A stretch of DNA of 64,000 bases from Cetorhinus maximus. Its lineage: Eukaryota. The first letter of the stretch is position 1. Every line of letters starts with the position of its first letter. A program made the position numbers and the translations under genes. Positions 51,048 through 63,894 of this stretch are shown piece after piece. The stretch lies in contig NC_135886.1 in NCBI RefSeq assembly GCF_964194155.1, positions 23,870,001-23,934,000 of the forward strand, read 5' to 3'. A model generated the notes under the pieces. That model did not search any database and was not told the DNA's origin. It saw only the letters and a program-made list of their open reading frames with translations.

Positions 51048-51991
51048 TAAGGTTGCCGACTCTGGCTGAACACATTCCGGGAGACATCAGCGGGCGTGAC
51101 ATCACAGAAACCCGTGACGAGTGGGTTCTATGGGTGACATCTCCGGGGAGCATGCAGGAGAAATTGTTTCTTGGTGAATTTAAGGTCTAATGCAACCATG
51201 AACCATTTTCCTCCTCATTGATATTTTTAATTCATTATTTTTTCATTGTATGTGAATTTAAAGATTAAAAAGTTAGGATGCTTCCTGGTGGATGTTTGCT
51301 CTGCCTATTGTATTTTTTTCCCAAATGCAAGAGCGTGTTGTGTCCTCCTGTGACAGGCTGGTGGGTTTGTCCCAGGAGACAGATCCCTGTGCCATTTGGT
51401 CAGCAGTAACTCCTCAGCCCACTCTTTGATCTTCCTAGTGCAAATCAAAGGTCACCACAGAGGACTTCTCCTGTGCCAGACTACTTGGAGCCTGCAGGGT
51501 CACTTGGAACAATGCACACTTACCTGGCCTTTTGCCTGGAAAAATGAAACAAGTCACCAGTTGCCAGCGGTTTCATGACAGCAATAGACTCCAGGCTTGA
51601 GATGGACTTGTGACCTTAGTAGGAGCAGGGGATATCAACTGCTCCAGACTGCTGAACTCTATCGCCGATCTTGGGCTCTAGGCTAGATACCCCACAGAGG
51701 GAGGAGCACATTGTTTGCCCCGTGAAGTGTCTCTACAGGAACCTGGTTCCGCTGGGATCTCACTTCTGATTGGGTGGCACTATGCTGGATGTGATGTCAC
51801 TGCATGGCAATATCTCATGATGGTGGGAGTTGTAGTTTCATGCCCTTTTTGGTGGCTCCTGATGTTGAATTATGTGACTAATTTGCTTACAATGTTGTTT
51901 TAACATCTCCCGGGATGCTTTCTTTGGCCACAGGGAGATTGATGCCGGTTCTGTTAGACTCCCGGCCATTCTGGGAGGGTTGGCAACCTTA
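51048..51991. mobile_element. Non-autonomous hAT-like DNA transposon
   Basis: TIRs TAAGGTTGCC / GGCAACCTTA; near 8-bp TSD GCCTATCT (51040-51047) versus GCCTATTC (51992-51999). Confidence 0.75.
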
Positions 51992-52058
51992 GCCTATTCA
52001 GGACTGAAGTATGGTAGGTGGACAATTGTAAACACTACAGTCATTGTTTAAACACACT

Positions 52059-52805
52059 CAGTGGAATCTTCTGCTCTCTCTGGTGGCGAGCTTGGAGGCA
52101 GGAAAGGCATTTAATTAGGCAGCATGGCGGCATACCGGAACCCTGCCACCTTTTCACCTCCACCAGAATTAATTTCTGGGTGGGAAGGAGCACCGTCGAC
52201 CTTCCCGCCCCTCCAGCCAAGGTCCTTAGGTGGCCAATTAATGACCACTTAAAGGCCTTATCCCGCCGCCTCTGGTATTAACCCAGCTGCAGGCGGGCCT
52301 GTTGCCATGCAGCATAAGCAGCAGCATCTAAAATTATGTGGCCAGCTTGTATCCTCTTGTGTGTGTGTTGGGGTTGGGGTCGGGGGGTGGGGGGGTGGAG
52401 GGGAGGAGGAACTGGACATCAGCAAGTGGGCTGTGCTGAGAGCCACTCCCATTCCCTTACTGCCGACCCCCCCTACACCCATCACCCTGCAAACCCCCCC
52501 CACCTTACTTACCTGTGGCCTGGGTCGCTCTGCGATTCTGGGGCTCCAATGCCTGTCCTCCTGGCAGCATCCTCGGCCACCCCTGTGGCGCTGCTGAGCA
52601 CAAGAGCAGCCGATTCTGATTGGCCGGCAGCTCTCGGAGACTTCCACTCCCGGGCCTTGATTCCAGGGGCAGGCCTGCCGCTGGCCTTACCACTGCCTGA
52701 CTGGCACGTGGTTTGGTGGGTCTTCCTGAAAAGAGGCTAGTGTGGGTCTCTCGCTGGCTCTCTAGCCAGCAGCAAGACCCCCGACACCTCAACAGGTTTC
52801 TGCCC
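52059..52805. mobile_element. GC-rich Harbinger-like MITE
   Basis: Ends AGGTTTCTGCCC; internal ggccaattaa motif shared with the other MITEs; left TIR degenerate. Confidence 0.55.
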
Positions 52806-52899
52806 ATTATATCATGATCTGCTGAGTAATTTAGGGAGTGAAAAACAGTGCTAGGCTTCCAAATACATCCTATAGGTAGGTCATTAATATTCAGTTCTC

Positions 52900-54706
52900 A
52901 CATAGCATATAAAACACAGGCTGAATGTAAAATATACAGAGGACAAATGAAAGAAGAAGTACGAGGGGTAAAGAGACAGTATGGGAATAGATTGATGGCT
53001 AATATAAAAGTGAATCCAAAGGTTTTGCATAAGCATATTAACAGTGAAAGGGATATCAGAGGTGTGGGGAGGCTGATTCTACATAAAATGGAGATCTGTT
53101 GGTCAGGACAGAGGTACTACATGAATAATGTGCATCAGTGGTTACCAATGGAAAATGATTTTGCCAAAGCTATGGTAAACGAGGAGGTTGCTGGGATACT
53201 GGATGAGATAAAGATAGATTAAAAAGAGGACTTGGAAAGGCTGGTAGTACCTAAAGTGGGCAAATTGTCTCATCCTGATGGAATTGCATCTGAAGATACT
53301 GAGGAAAGTAAGGGTGGAAATTGAGGGGGACACTGTCCATAATCTTCCAATCTCCCTTAGGTAGAAGAGTGCCAATTGAACTGGAGAGTTGCAAATATTA
53401 CAGCCTTGGTCAAAAATGGAGCGAAGGATAAATCTGTCAAGCACAGGACAGTCAGTTTAACATTGATGGTGGGAAAGCTTTTAGAAGCAATAACTTGGAA
53501 GAAAATTAATAGCCACTTGGACATCCATAGACTAATAAAGGAGAGCCAGCACAGATTTGTTAAGAGAAAATCATGTTTGGCTAACTTGATTTGAGTTTTT
53601 TTGTAATAATATAAAGGATGGATGAGGACAAAGCAGTTGATGTGTTTTTGGACTTTCAAAAGGTATTTGATAAAGTACTACATATTAGATTTGTTAGCAA
53701 AATTGAAGTCCATTGGATAAAAGGACAATAACAGCATGGATACAAAATTGGCTTAGCATACAGAGTTCTAGTAAATGGCTGTTTTCTGAACTGGAGGGAG
53801 GTATATAGTGGCGTACCCCTGCTGCCTTTGGTATATGTTAATATCTTGGACTTGGGGACACGGCACAATTCAAAATTTTCAGGTCGCACAAAACCAGGAA
53901 ATGTAGTAACCACTGAGGAGGATAATAGTGGGCTTGAAGGGAACATAGAAAGGCAAACAGGTGCCCTGAAATATGTGAGGCAATATTTTCTGGTTGGAAG
54001 AATGAGAAGGGACAATGCTAAATGGTACGGGTTTAAAGCTGGTGCAAGAATAGTGAGACCCGGGGGTTGTTCATGCGCAAATCTTTGCAAGTGACAGGAC
54101 AGGTTAATAATGCAATTAATAAATCATATGGGTACCCAGGCTTTATGAGTGAAGGCATAAACAAAAACCAGGAAGCTATCCTAAACATATAAAAAAACAC
54201 TAGTTTGGCCCCAGCTAGAATAATGTGTCCAAGTCTGGCCACCACAATTTAGGAAGAGTGTAATGACTTTGTAGACGGTACAGAAGAGATTTGATAAAAT
54301 AGTTCCAGGGCTGAGGGATTATGTGGATAGACTGGAGAATCTGGGGTTGCGCTTCTTAGAGCAGAGAAGCCTAAGATGAGGTTTGATTAGAGGTAATTAA
54401 TATCGTAAATGATTCAGGTAGAGTAAATAGAGAGAAATTGTTTCCAATAGTTGAAGCATAATTGACAAGAGGCAACATGAGGATTTCTTATTTACAGTGA
54501 GTGGTTAGGATTCGGAATGGACTGCCTACTAGGATGGTGGACATAGAGTCAATAGCAGTCTTCAAAATATCCAATAATTGGAGAAAATATTGAAAGGCTT
54601 TGAAGAAAGAGCGGGGGATGGGACTAACTGAATTGCTCTTCAAAAGAGCAGGCACATACTTGATGGGAAAAATGGCCTCCATCTGAGCTTTACTATTCTA
54701 TGATTC
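52900..54706 (+). mobile_element. Decayed CR1 LINE
   Basis: NIKVNPK, WRVANITAL.K.G.KD....R.VSLT..VGKLLE.I...INSHL...LIKESQH.F...SCLANL; tail aatggcctcc...tattctatgattc. Confidence 0.88.
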
Positions 54707-54716
54707 CGTAAATAAT

Positions 54717-55857
54717 GGGCAAAATCTTCCAGCCTCTGGATCGTCGAAGACCGCATGTGCGACTGAAGATGCGCGACGGGGCCCTGTGGAAGCTTTGACA
54801 TGCAGCCTTCCATGGGAATTGCCTGGGAAGTTTAAACTTCCAATAGGCAATTTCCCTGCACCTTGGGACCCTTTGCGAATGCCTCTGACTCTGAGCTAGA
54901 TGTGGAGACTTGGGGCAGTTCTGCGCTATGTACCTGAATAGTTATCCAGGAAATGTTCGACAGATTAAAACCTAGTCTAACACGTGGGTAACCACACAAT
55001 TGACCCCCACCCCCAATCACCCCCCTGACCCTCTGATAACCCCCCCTCCCCTCACCGACTACTTGGCTATCTCCCGGCCACCCAACTACCATTCCCCATC
55101 CCAGTAGGCAGTCCATTCCAAATCCTAACCACTCACTGTAAATAAAATAAAAATTCTCATGCTGCCTCTTGTTCTTTTGTCAATTATGCTTCAACTATTG
55201 GAAACAATTTCTCTTTGTTTACTCTACCTGAATCATTTACGATATTAATTACCTCTATCAAAGCTCACCTTAGGTTTCTCTGCTCGAAGAAGCGCAACCC
55301 CAGATTCTCAGTCTATCCACATAATCCCTCAGCCCTGGAACTATTTTATCAAATCTCTTCTCGGGTCTCCCGGCCGACCTGACTATCCCCTAACCCCACT
55401 GACTTCCCCCGACCCAACCCAATTACTCCTGTGACCCATCCGTACTACTCCTGACCTGACTACACCCTGACCCAACCCAATTCGACTATATGCCTGACTG
55501 ACTAACCCCTGCCCTCCTCGTCTACCCGACCTACCTCACCCATGTGCCGCCTCACCCACTTAACTTACCTATCCACTCACCCATCCATTCACCCACCCAC
55601 TAACGTTCATTAAAAGACAGGACCTTTAAACACTTACTTGAATACGGCAGCAAGTGCTATAAAAAGGGGGTGTGTCCTATCTTCCCCCAACTCTACTCCG
55701 CTCCTGTGGAGTTCCCCAAGGGATGCTGAGCTACTCATTCCTTTGGAAGTCGAGCTAGGAAGGTCCTGATACAAATATGCATCAGCGTCAAGTCGGGGGA
55801 GTTTACAAGCGAAGCGGCAATCTGACAATCATTGCCGCTGCTCGGAAGACCTGGGCC
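54717..55857. mobile_element. Harbinger-like MITE with C-rich degenerate tandem repeats and an inserted inverted CR1 copy
   Basis: GGGCAAAATCTTCC / GGAAGACCTGGGCC termini; ccgacctgactacc-like repeats at about 55370-55530. Confidence 0.65.
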
Positions 55858-56675
55858 ATTATGATAATGTTTGGCATGTGATGCATGTCACTTTTACATG
55901 GCAAACTAAACTAAAATATATATGTATTGTAAAATCACAATGTATGCAAATTAAATTAAAGACAATATATACCAAATTGATCATGAAGATGGCACAAACC
56001 CATTTAGTATAAGGGTATTTCCATATTTTTTTTCCAGAAATAAATAGCACCTTTTTAAACAAGTGGCAATGTTGCCAATTACTCCAATTGACACCTTGTA
56101 CTGCTTATGCTAGTTTTAATGAATTGTTGAGGAGTAGAGGGGCTGGTGTCACAAGAAACATGATTGATGCCACTGATGCCATGTGTTCTGAGCAAAGGCT
56201 CTGTAATTTGCAATGGGAAACATGTTTGAAGTGTAGTTTTGTGGGCTGAGTATAACTATAACTCTCAGATATTTAATTCTAAGAGATTAACTTTAATTGC
56301 TGCAAGGCTGTTTTAAAAGTATCCCTTAAGGGTACTCCATTATTGGAACAGCATAATGGATTTTATGTGAAATCTTGCATAGTCTATTCATCATTCAATA
56401 GAAAATGGTACTATCTGCATATACACAAGAGCTTTAATAAAAAAAAGGCTTTATTTGCACATATTGTGTATTAAGATTATTTACATTGATGCCATTCAGT
56501 CGTTTCTTTTGCCTTGCTATACAATGTACATATATATATATAGCAATGTCTGGAAGACTAAATAAAATTTATAGACTTGTTAAAGCTGAGCATATTGGGG
56601 ATGGCTCCAGTATACTGATAATCAAGAGTATTATGGAGTTCCCTGAACCTTGATGTATCCAGATAACTAAACCTT

Positions 56676-56774
56676 AAATAAAGACAGAAAATGCTGGAAA
56701 CACAAAGCAGGTCTAGCAGTGTCTGTGGAGAGAGAAACTGAGTTAATGTTTCAGGTCATGACCTTTCATCAGAA
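56676..56774 (-). mobile_element. Solo Penelope A-type unit starting at its hammerhead
   Basis: Minus strand: ttCTGATGA-a-aggt catg acct-GAAA-cattaactc...ccacagacactgctagacctgc...ccagcattttctg. Confidence 0.8.
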
Positions 56775-57431
56775 TATACCGTATTGTTCACCTGGCTGAG
56801 GGGTCCACTATAGTTGGAAGGAGTAAGAGAGAATTTGCAATATATTAAAAGGTAGAGGTTAGGTTACACCAACTCTGCAGGTTGTATGAGATAGGGAAGA
56901 CAGAGGGAGATGAGGATAAATTGAAGTCACAAAACAAAGCATTTTTTTCAGGGTTCCCCTTGTAAAAATTCGACAACAGCCAAATTCTAGAGTGTATGGA
57001 TGAAAAAGGTATGGTTCAATATGTACACTTTTAGTAAACGAGCACATTCATCAACTGTTAATATTGGGCCTGAAAAGCTGACTGCTGAGCATCAGTAATG
57101 AAACACTGCTATTATTTACCATGCTATTCACTTAAATGTGCCTCGTGCAATTATTCATTGTGGTGCCTCAAATCTGGAGCTAACAGGGAGCTTTACAGAT
57201 CCTGCTGAACCATTATTCATATTTTGAAAATAAAACATACTTGAATTGCTGTTCATTTCGAGGACCACGTTTTCTGAGTTGTTGGTATTTTGTAGTCTAG
57301 TTGCACACTGTGCCATGATTTTTTTTAGACTTTATCAAGTCGTAGGTGAAAGGACAGCGTGCTAATTCTGTGCACCATCCAAGTCCCTCGGCTATTTATT
57401 TTTTCCCTAAAAATAAATGTTGATGAAGTGT

Positions 57432-58110
57432 CATAGAAACAGGAGTAGATTATTTAGCCCCTTAAGCTTGCCATGCCACTAGTTTAGATCATGGCTGATC
57501 TGTACCTCAATTCCATTTACCTACCTTACTCCATATCCCAAATACCTTACCTAATAAAAATCTATAAATCATAGTCTTGAAAATTTCTATTGGCACAGCA
57601 TCCAAAGTCTTCTGAGGTAGATAGAAAAAGTGTTTCCTTATTTCCTTCCTAAATGGCCTAACTCTAAAGTTATTTTCGCCTGTTTTGGATTCCCTGTCAG
57701 AGTTTCTCGCTATCTTTTCTATAGAACTCCTTTTATAATTTTAAAGACCTCACTTTGATTAGCGCTCAACCATCTAAACTCGAGTAAATTCAGGTCAATG
57801 TCATGTAACCTGTCCTCATAATTTACCCTTCTAAGCCCTGGTATCATTCTGGTAAGCCTGTGTGGCACTCCTTCCAAGACCAATATATCCTTACTGAGTT
57901 TTGAGCCCAAAACTGAATGCAATAATCCAGATGCAGTCTAAGACTGTACAAATGAAGCATCACTTCCTTATTTTTATATTCCAAGTCCCTTGTGATAAAT
58001 GCCAATGATTCTTTTAGCCTTATTTGATTACTTTTTGGAGCTATGCACTAGGTTGTAGTGATTTGTGCACATGGACAGCTAAATTCCTTGCTCCTCCACA
58101 CCTTCTAATC
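57432..58110 (-). mobile_element. CR1 LINE 3' portion
   Basis: KDILVLEGVPHRLTRMIPGLRRVNYEDRL; tail catagaaacaggagtag (reverse). Confidence 0.8.
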
Positions 58111-58463
58111 TCTCACATCGCCTCAATGTAAGTAGTTGCTTTCTTTCTGGGTTGCTATTATAGTAAAATCCAACAGGGTAGAAATTTCTGTTGGTGATAA
58201 TGTCACACTAATGCTTAATATGCTGATCATAAATTTATTTTACCGCTGTTTTATTGGAGCAGTAAACCCATTCAAAATGCATCTATCAAAATAGCAATAA
58301 GAGCAGCTGATATGAGGGTGTTGAATGCTTGTTTGTCACATTATTATTTCTGCGTGTTTCATTGGCATAATTTACTGCCATGTATTTATAAAACATAAAA
58401 AAAGTCTGAATCATCAGTCAGAATTCATGTCACTTACAATGCCCAAGAACAGAATTGTATTTT

Positions 58464-58591
58464 CAAAAGTACTGCAGATGCTAGAAATTTGAAGTAAAAA
58501 CACAAAGTGCTGAAAATGCTCAGCAGGTCAGGCAGTGTATGCGGAGAGAGAAACAGAGTTAACATTTCAGATCATTGACCTTTCATCAGAA
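58464..58591 (-). mobile_element. Solo Penelope A-type unit starting at its hammerhead
   Basis: Minus strand: ttCTGATGA-a-aggtc aat gatct-GAAA-tgttaactc...ttctagcatctgcagtactttt. Confidence 0.8.
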
Positions 58592-58742
58592 TCAGTAGAA
58601 ATGTATTAAATGGATGTAATCATTATTTTGTGATAGAATCATCATTTCACACTTTTGAACGAAATGGGTTTGCTTCAGTTCTGCTACCCAAAATTGCATT
58701 TAACAAAAACAGCACCAATTCAAACAACACAAATTAATTTTT

Positions 58743-58868
58743 GGCCGGCATTTTAAGGCCCTGTCATGGCAGGGACAGGGCCATAAAATGCAGCAAGCAA
58801 TTCTAAACTCCATTGACTTCGGCAGGACCGTAAAATCCCCACCGTGACAGGGCCGTAAAATTCCAGCC
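58743..58868 (+). mobile_element. About 125-bp Harbinger-like MITE (same family as 19688-19814)
   Basis: GGCCGGCATTTTA.GGCCCTGTCA ... TGACAGGGCCGTAAAATTCCAGCC long TIR. Confidence 0.75.
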
Positions 58869-60667
58869 AAAATTTCATTTACATTGGACAATTGGCAGAT
58901 ATCCCAACAGGATCATGGTGGTGGCAGTTTAAGGGACTGCTTAGGTGTCTCCAGGCTTCAAATTAGAGTATGGCAAACCATGAGGAATAATGAGGAGATT
59001 GCAAGAAAACATGAACATGTTAGCAGTGTATGCAGACAAGTGGTGTATACAGTTCAATTCAGATGTATTGTGGTAGTTTTAAGAAAAAAGAATTGGAGGA
59101 GAGAAATGTCACAGTGAAAAGAAGTAAACCTTGATTGATAAGAGTACAGAAACAGAAAGATGCAGATACATTGATCTTTAAAGCTAGAAGTAGAGATAGA
59201 AAATGTCATAAAAAGACAATTGGGATACCAGATATATCTTAAAAGTCAGTGTTAGGGCAGAAGGATGGCCAGTACTGATAATTTTAGGAATCAACTGATG
59301 AATTACTTATTTAAACTTAAAACCAGAGGCAACCCTGTCAGTGCTACCCTTTGAGAGAAGCAGTGTATTGAAGGACAACTGCTCTGTAACAAATGATGAG
59401 GGCACCAAATAAGTCATTCATCTGCTTATCATTTTACCCCGTGATTATAGTCAAGCGCAAGAGGGATATAGGAAACAGTAACAAGTGTTAGTTGAAAATA
59501 TGGCCAGGGTAAATCTGATCTGCACCAACAGTGGGATTAATACAATACAAAAATAACCAAAATATAGCATTTACCAGCAACAAGTGAGTCAACAGCAGTT
59601 CATTTTGCCCTGAAAGAGAGGCACAAGGGGACCAGGGAGTAAATGGGGTGATTTCACACATCCATTAGGGGCAGAGTAGGGGGCTGCATTCACAAGGAGC
59701 ATGCATCAGAAAATCAAGACTATAGTGTTGTGGCCTTAATTCTAATAGCTTCTCCCTAGGAGTATGAGATCACAGAGTCATTGGAACATAATTGATGTTT
59801 ACCTGGGCCATAACTCAACAGGAGATTTAAAAATAGATGTGACATTATTCAGTATGAGTTTTTATTTGCTTTTCTCTAGTTGCATAATAATATTGACACC
59901 GTGCTCTTATTTCTTGCGATAGTCCTATCTCCACCTCCTTCAGTTTAGACAAGGCAGCTGCTGCAATAAATTCTTCCTTCAACCCTTCATTTCACTTGTA
60001 CTTTACTTATGCAGTGGCACAGATTCAGAGATTAACAACAAAGCTGCAGGTCTGATCAGTTCCTCACAATGTAAACACTCCATTCAACAGAGGAGAGGAA
60101 GAACTCTTCTGGGAAGGATTATCAGCTCTCAACACCAGGCAAACACTGTTGCTGACTAGCTGTCAGGTGGTGTGACTGGAGCTTTTTGTTGTCAGTAGAT
60201 ATCCCAGGTGAACATCAAACAGAATTATTATAAATAAATGTGTCTTTCCTGCACACCCATGATTAAAATTTTACTTGCCTCCTTGTTTTGTTGTTTGGAA
60301 TCTAGCCAGTGACTTTATAGTTACAAATTACTAAATCAAACACAAAATGGCATTATCCAAAGAAAATGAAAAGGCAAGCCTGACAGAAATAATTTTAGTT
60401 ATATTTGTGGTATGAGGGTCTGGCACATATAAGATTAATGTGATACTGAGTACAGTACCGCCCACACTGTGATGTAAGAGGGCACATGACTCACACCCCC
60501 GGTCAGTTTTGTGTTGGACAGAGACGTGTGGACCAGCAAGCATGGAGACTGCTCCTAGCTTGTTACCTTTAATGTATATTTGTAGATATTCTAAGGATCA
60601 ATAAAGACATTCAGTTAACCTACACATGACTATGAAGGCTTCTTCAGACCTACTGAACTGTAACCTA

Positions 60668-61277
60668 GGGCAGAATTTTCCCCCCGTTGGGGGGGAAGTT
60701 CAGGAGCGGGCGTGTGCAGGTGCGCCTCCATTTTACGTGGGCAGGCCAATTAAGGCCCGCCCAGCGTGACATCCTCCAGGAAGCGCTATACGCTCCCTGT
60801 GCAGGTGGGAGGGGGAATCCCTAAGCTGAGAGTGCGCTCTTTCGCGCATGTGCGCGAAAGAGTGCACCCATCTCCCTAAAGCTAAGTGCTGCCTCAGGGA
60901 GATCGGCGCCAAATTCAAAAATGTTAAATATAGAAAAATAAAATTTCCCTGACATGTCCCCTCACTGACACTGTCACATGAGTTGGGACATGTCCATCAT
61001 TTTTAATTAAACTTTTATAAAATTTTAAAAAACCTACATGAAACCTCATCCCACCCTTGGACCTTGAGGTTGGATGGGCAAGTCCTTTAACGAGTTCAAT
61101 TACTTTTTAAATGGCCTCAATTGGCTGTTGACAGGTCAGTGGGTGCACAGCTGCACCGCCGCTGACCTGAAAATTGAAATGACGTGGTGTGACGTCGGGA
61201 GTTCCGCCCTACGTCATCCCACATCATTTTATGCATCGGCGAGCGGGCGCCACCCCTCCACTCTCAATATCTTGCCC
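60668..61277 (+). mobile_element. Multi-hairpin Harbinger-like MITE, copy 3, with 3-bp TSD
   Basis: GGGCAGAATTTT / AATATCTTGCCC; CTA at 60665-60667 and 61278-61280; colinear with 1855-2576 apart from two internal deletions. Confidence 0.88.
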
Positions 61278-61564
61278 CTACACCCCACAACAATGTTTAC
61301 CAGTAAATTCTCTCATTTTTTCAATGCATAACTGTGGTGAAGCACAATGCATCAAGGGGATTGTGAGGGGAAAGAATTGGGAAAATGTAGTCTGACCCAG
61401 GGCAGAGTCCACCCTTCCAAGCCTGATGTTGCAATGCAAATTTGCACCATGTATACTCAAAATTCTTGCTCGGGGTAATGATTCAGTTTTTCCAATTTAC
61501 ATCAAAATTAGCTGATCTTGAAGCAATGTCAGTTATTAATTTGCGCATCCTTGTGAGGACACTT

Positions 61565-61782
61565 AGAAACATAGAAACTAGGAGCAGGAGTAGGCCATTC
61601 GGCCCTTTGAGCCTGCTCCGCCATTCATTATGATTATGGCTGATCATCCAACTCAATAGCCTGCTCCCGCTTTCTCCCCATACCCTTTGATCCCTTTCGC
61701 CCCAAGAGCTGTATCCAACTCCTTCTTGAAAACATATAATGTTTTGGTCTCAACTACTTTCTGTGGTAACGAATTCCACAGG
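61565..61782 (-). mobile_element. CR1 3' end
   Basis: tagaaacatagaaactaggagcaggagtaggccattcggccc tail (reverse orientation). Confidence 0.85.
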
Positions 61783-62029
61783 CAATTTCCAAGATGTTTT
61801 TTAAAAATGCAGAAAGTAAGGAAAAAAATAGTTCTCGTCTGTGTGTATTATTGCTGTTCATGTTATGGCCTTAGGCCATTTGGAGTTCCCCGCCTCTTCC
61901 TTTGTGGTCCTCACTAAACTAACAGCTCTGGGTGCCATTCATAGCCTGCCCTGTTGTGAGGTGTTTGCGGAGCTGGGATTTAGCACTATCCTCTCTTCTC
62001 TTGCCCAGCACCAAAAGAAACATTACTTT

Positions 62030-62750
62030 CAGGGGAAACAGCGATTTGCTTTTACATCTTTCAATTTAGTGTTGCATATTTACTTCTCATATCGTGGTCT
62101 CCTCTAAATCGGAGAGATCAACTGCAGGTTGATTGTGTGATTATTTTGGAGAACACCTCCATTCGGTCAGCAAGTGTGACCCTGAGCTTGTGGTCACTTA
62201 CCATATTATTTCTCTGTTCCACTCCCACTCTGACTTCTTTGTCCTCAGCCTCATGCACTGTTCCAATGAAGCTCAGTGGAAGCTCCAGGAACAGCGTCTT
62301 GCCTTTCAATTTGGAATTTTACAGCCTTCGGGACTCAACACTATAAGTTGAACAATTTCAGATCGCAATTAGTGCCCCCGTTGTTTTCGGATAGTAGGTA
62401 CTGGCAATGGTTCTGCTGTTGCCATTTATTGCTCCATGGGACTCATCTTTTGTTTCTTTTATTGCCCCATTAACACTCTCTGCCTTGCACCATCATCCCT
62501 CTTGTCATTCAATCACTCCTGTCTTCCGCTCTACAAGAGACTTCCCTTTTATTCTTCCTCCCCTCCCCTTTTCCCTGCCCCTATCCTTGCTTAAAACCTG
62601 TTACGTCGCTGAATTTTCCCAGTTCTGATGAAATGTCGTCAATCTGAAACGTTAATTGGTTTCTCTCTCCACAATGCTGCCAGATCTGCGGACTATTTCC
62701 AGCATGCTATTCTTTGTTTCACACAGCCAGCATCCATAGTATTTTGCTTT
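62030..62750 (+). mobile_element. Penelope family A endonuclease remnant plus pLTR with hammerhead remnant (about 62621-62656)
   Basis: FGEHLHSV...CSNEAQWKLQEQRLAFQFGILQPSGLN; agtt-CTGATGA...GAAACGTT-aatt. Confidence 0.85.
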
Positions 62751-63894
62751 TGTAGGGACAGTTATCCCACTTTTCATACAGCAAGTAATATGGCACCATT
62801 AAAATGGAATGATTTGTCCTAAAGAAGGCTTTTCCGTGCTCTTCCTATGGAAAAATGCCATTTTTCAATAACACTGTGGCATAATCAAAATCAAGATCTC
62901 ACTGAGTGAATGATCACAAGCCTCATCACTCCCTGGTGCAGTATGTGACCTCGAGCAAGACATTGATTAGAATTGTGGCCTTTGACAAAAAGTTAGAGAG
63001 TAATACTAGTTTATGTTGTACTCTGTTCTAATGATTTATCTTCGTTAAAGCTGTATTGGGCCCTAACATAATATACTGCCTCTCTTAATATTACGTACTT
63101 GCCCTTTTAATGTTTTTTCCTGCAGCCCACTGTACCCACTGTGCTGTAGGAATAGAACATTAGTAGCTTGACTGTGACAGCAGCCTGGTGACATGCAAGA
63201 GGATCACAATCATTTGAAAAACAGATGAATGGAAGAATTACTGGAGATTGATTTTTATTATAGATGTGGCAGTTTTAATAAAAAATTGGCAGGGGGAAAG
63301 TCACAAATGAATTCAGAGAAGAACCAGAGGAAAAGTATGGGAGGATAGTTACAGTTTTTGATAAGGGAATGTTAGGGGAGTAAAGACTGCTGACAGCATT
63401 TGAGAGAGACTAAGGCTCATAGCAGCATCTGGGGATTTGAAGATTCCTTTCCTGTTTTTACACTCATTTTTTTTTCCATTTTAAAGTGATTCATCACTTG
63501 AGTATGGCTGATTTGACTAAGTTATCTTTACTGCATGAAAGTTTACACCCCAGGCTCAAGATGTGAGTGAAGACAAATGTCAAAAATGTATAGAGTTCCA
63601 ACATTTACACAATTAAAGGCTTATTTGTTCCACCACCTGCTCATCCCTGCCTTCTCTTGAAGGTACTTGTTCCTACTGGCAAATAGTCCATGGGCAATGA
63701 TAACCCTCTGTCACCTGATTGATGTGGTAATTCTTAAAATATGCATTCTTGACAATTTACTGTCACCAAGATAATCAGATTAGAGATGCATTGCAGTTTA
63801 GACCAATCTGCCCCCATCTAATGTCCTTATACATTCCAGCATGGATCATTGGAGAATCAGGTGTGAGAACTTCAGCTGATATTCTTTTCCGGTG

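Noticed and set aside
9710-62656. Selective inactivation of sense-strand hammerheads to protect the host pre-mRNA
   Set aside because: Antisense copies are also damaged, mostly by CpG-type transitions, and the sample is too small.
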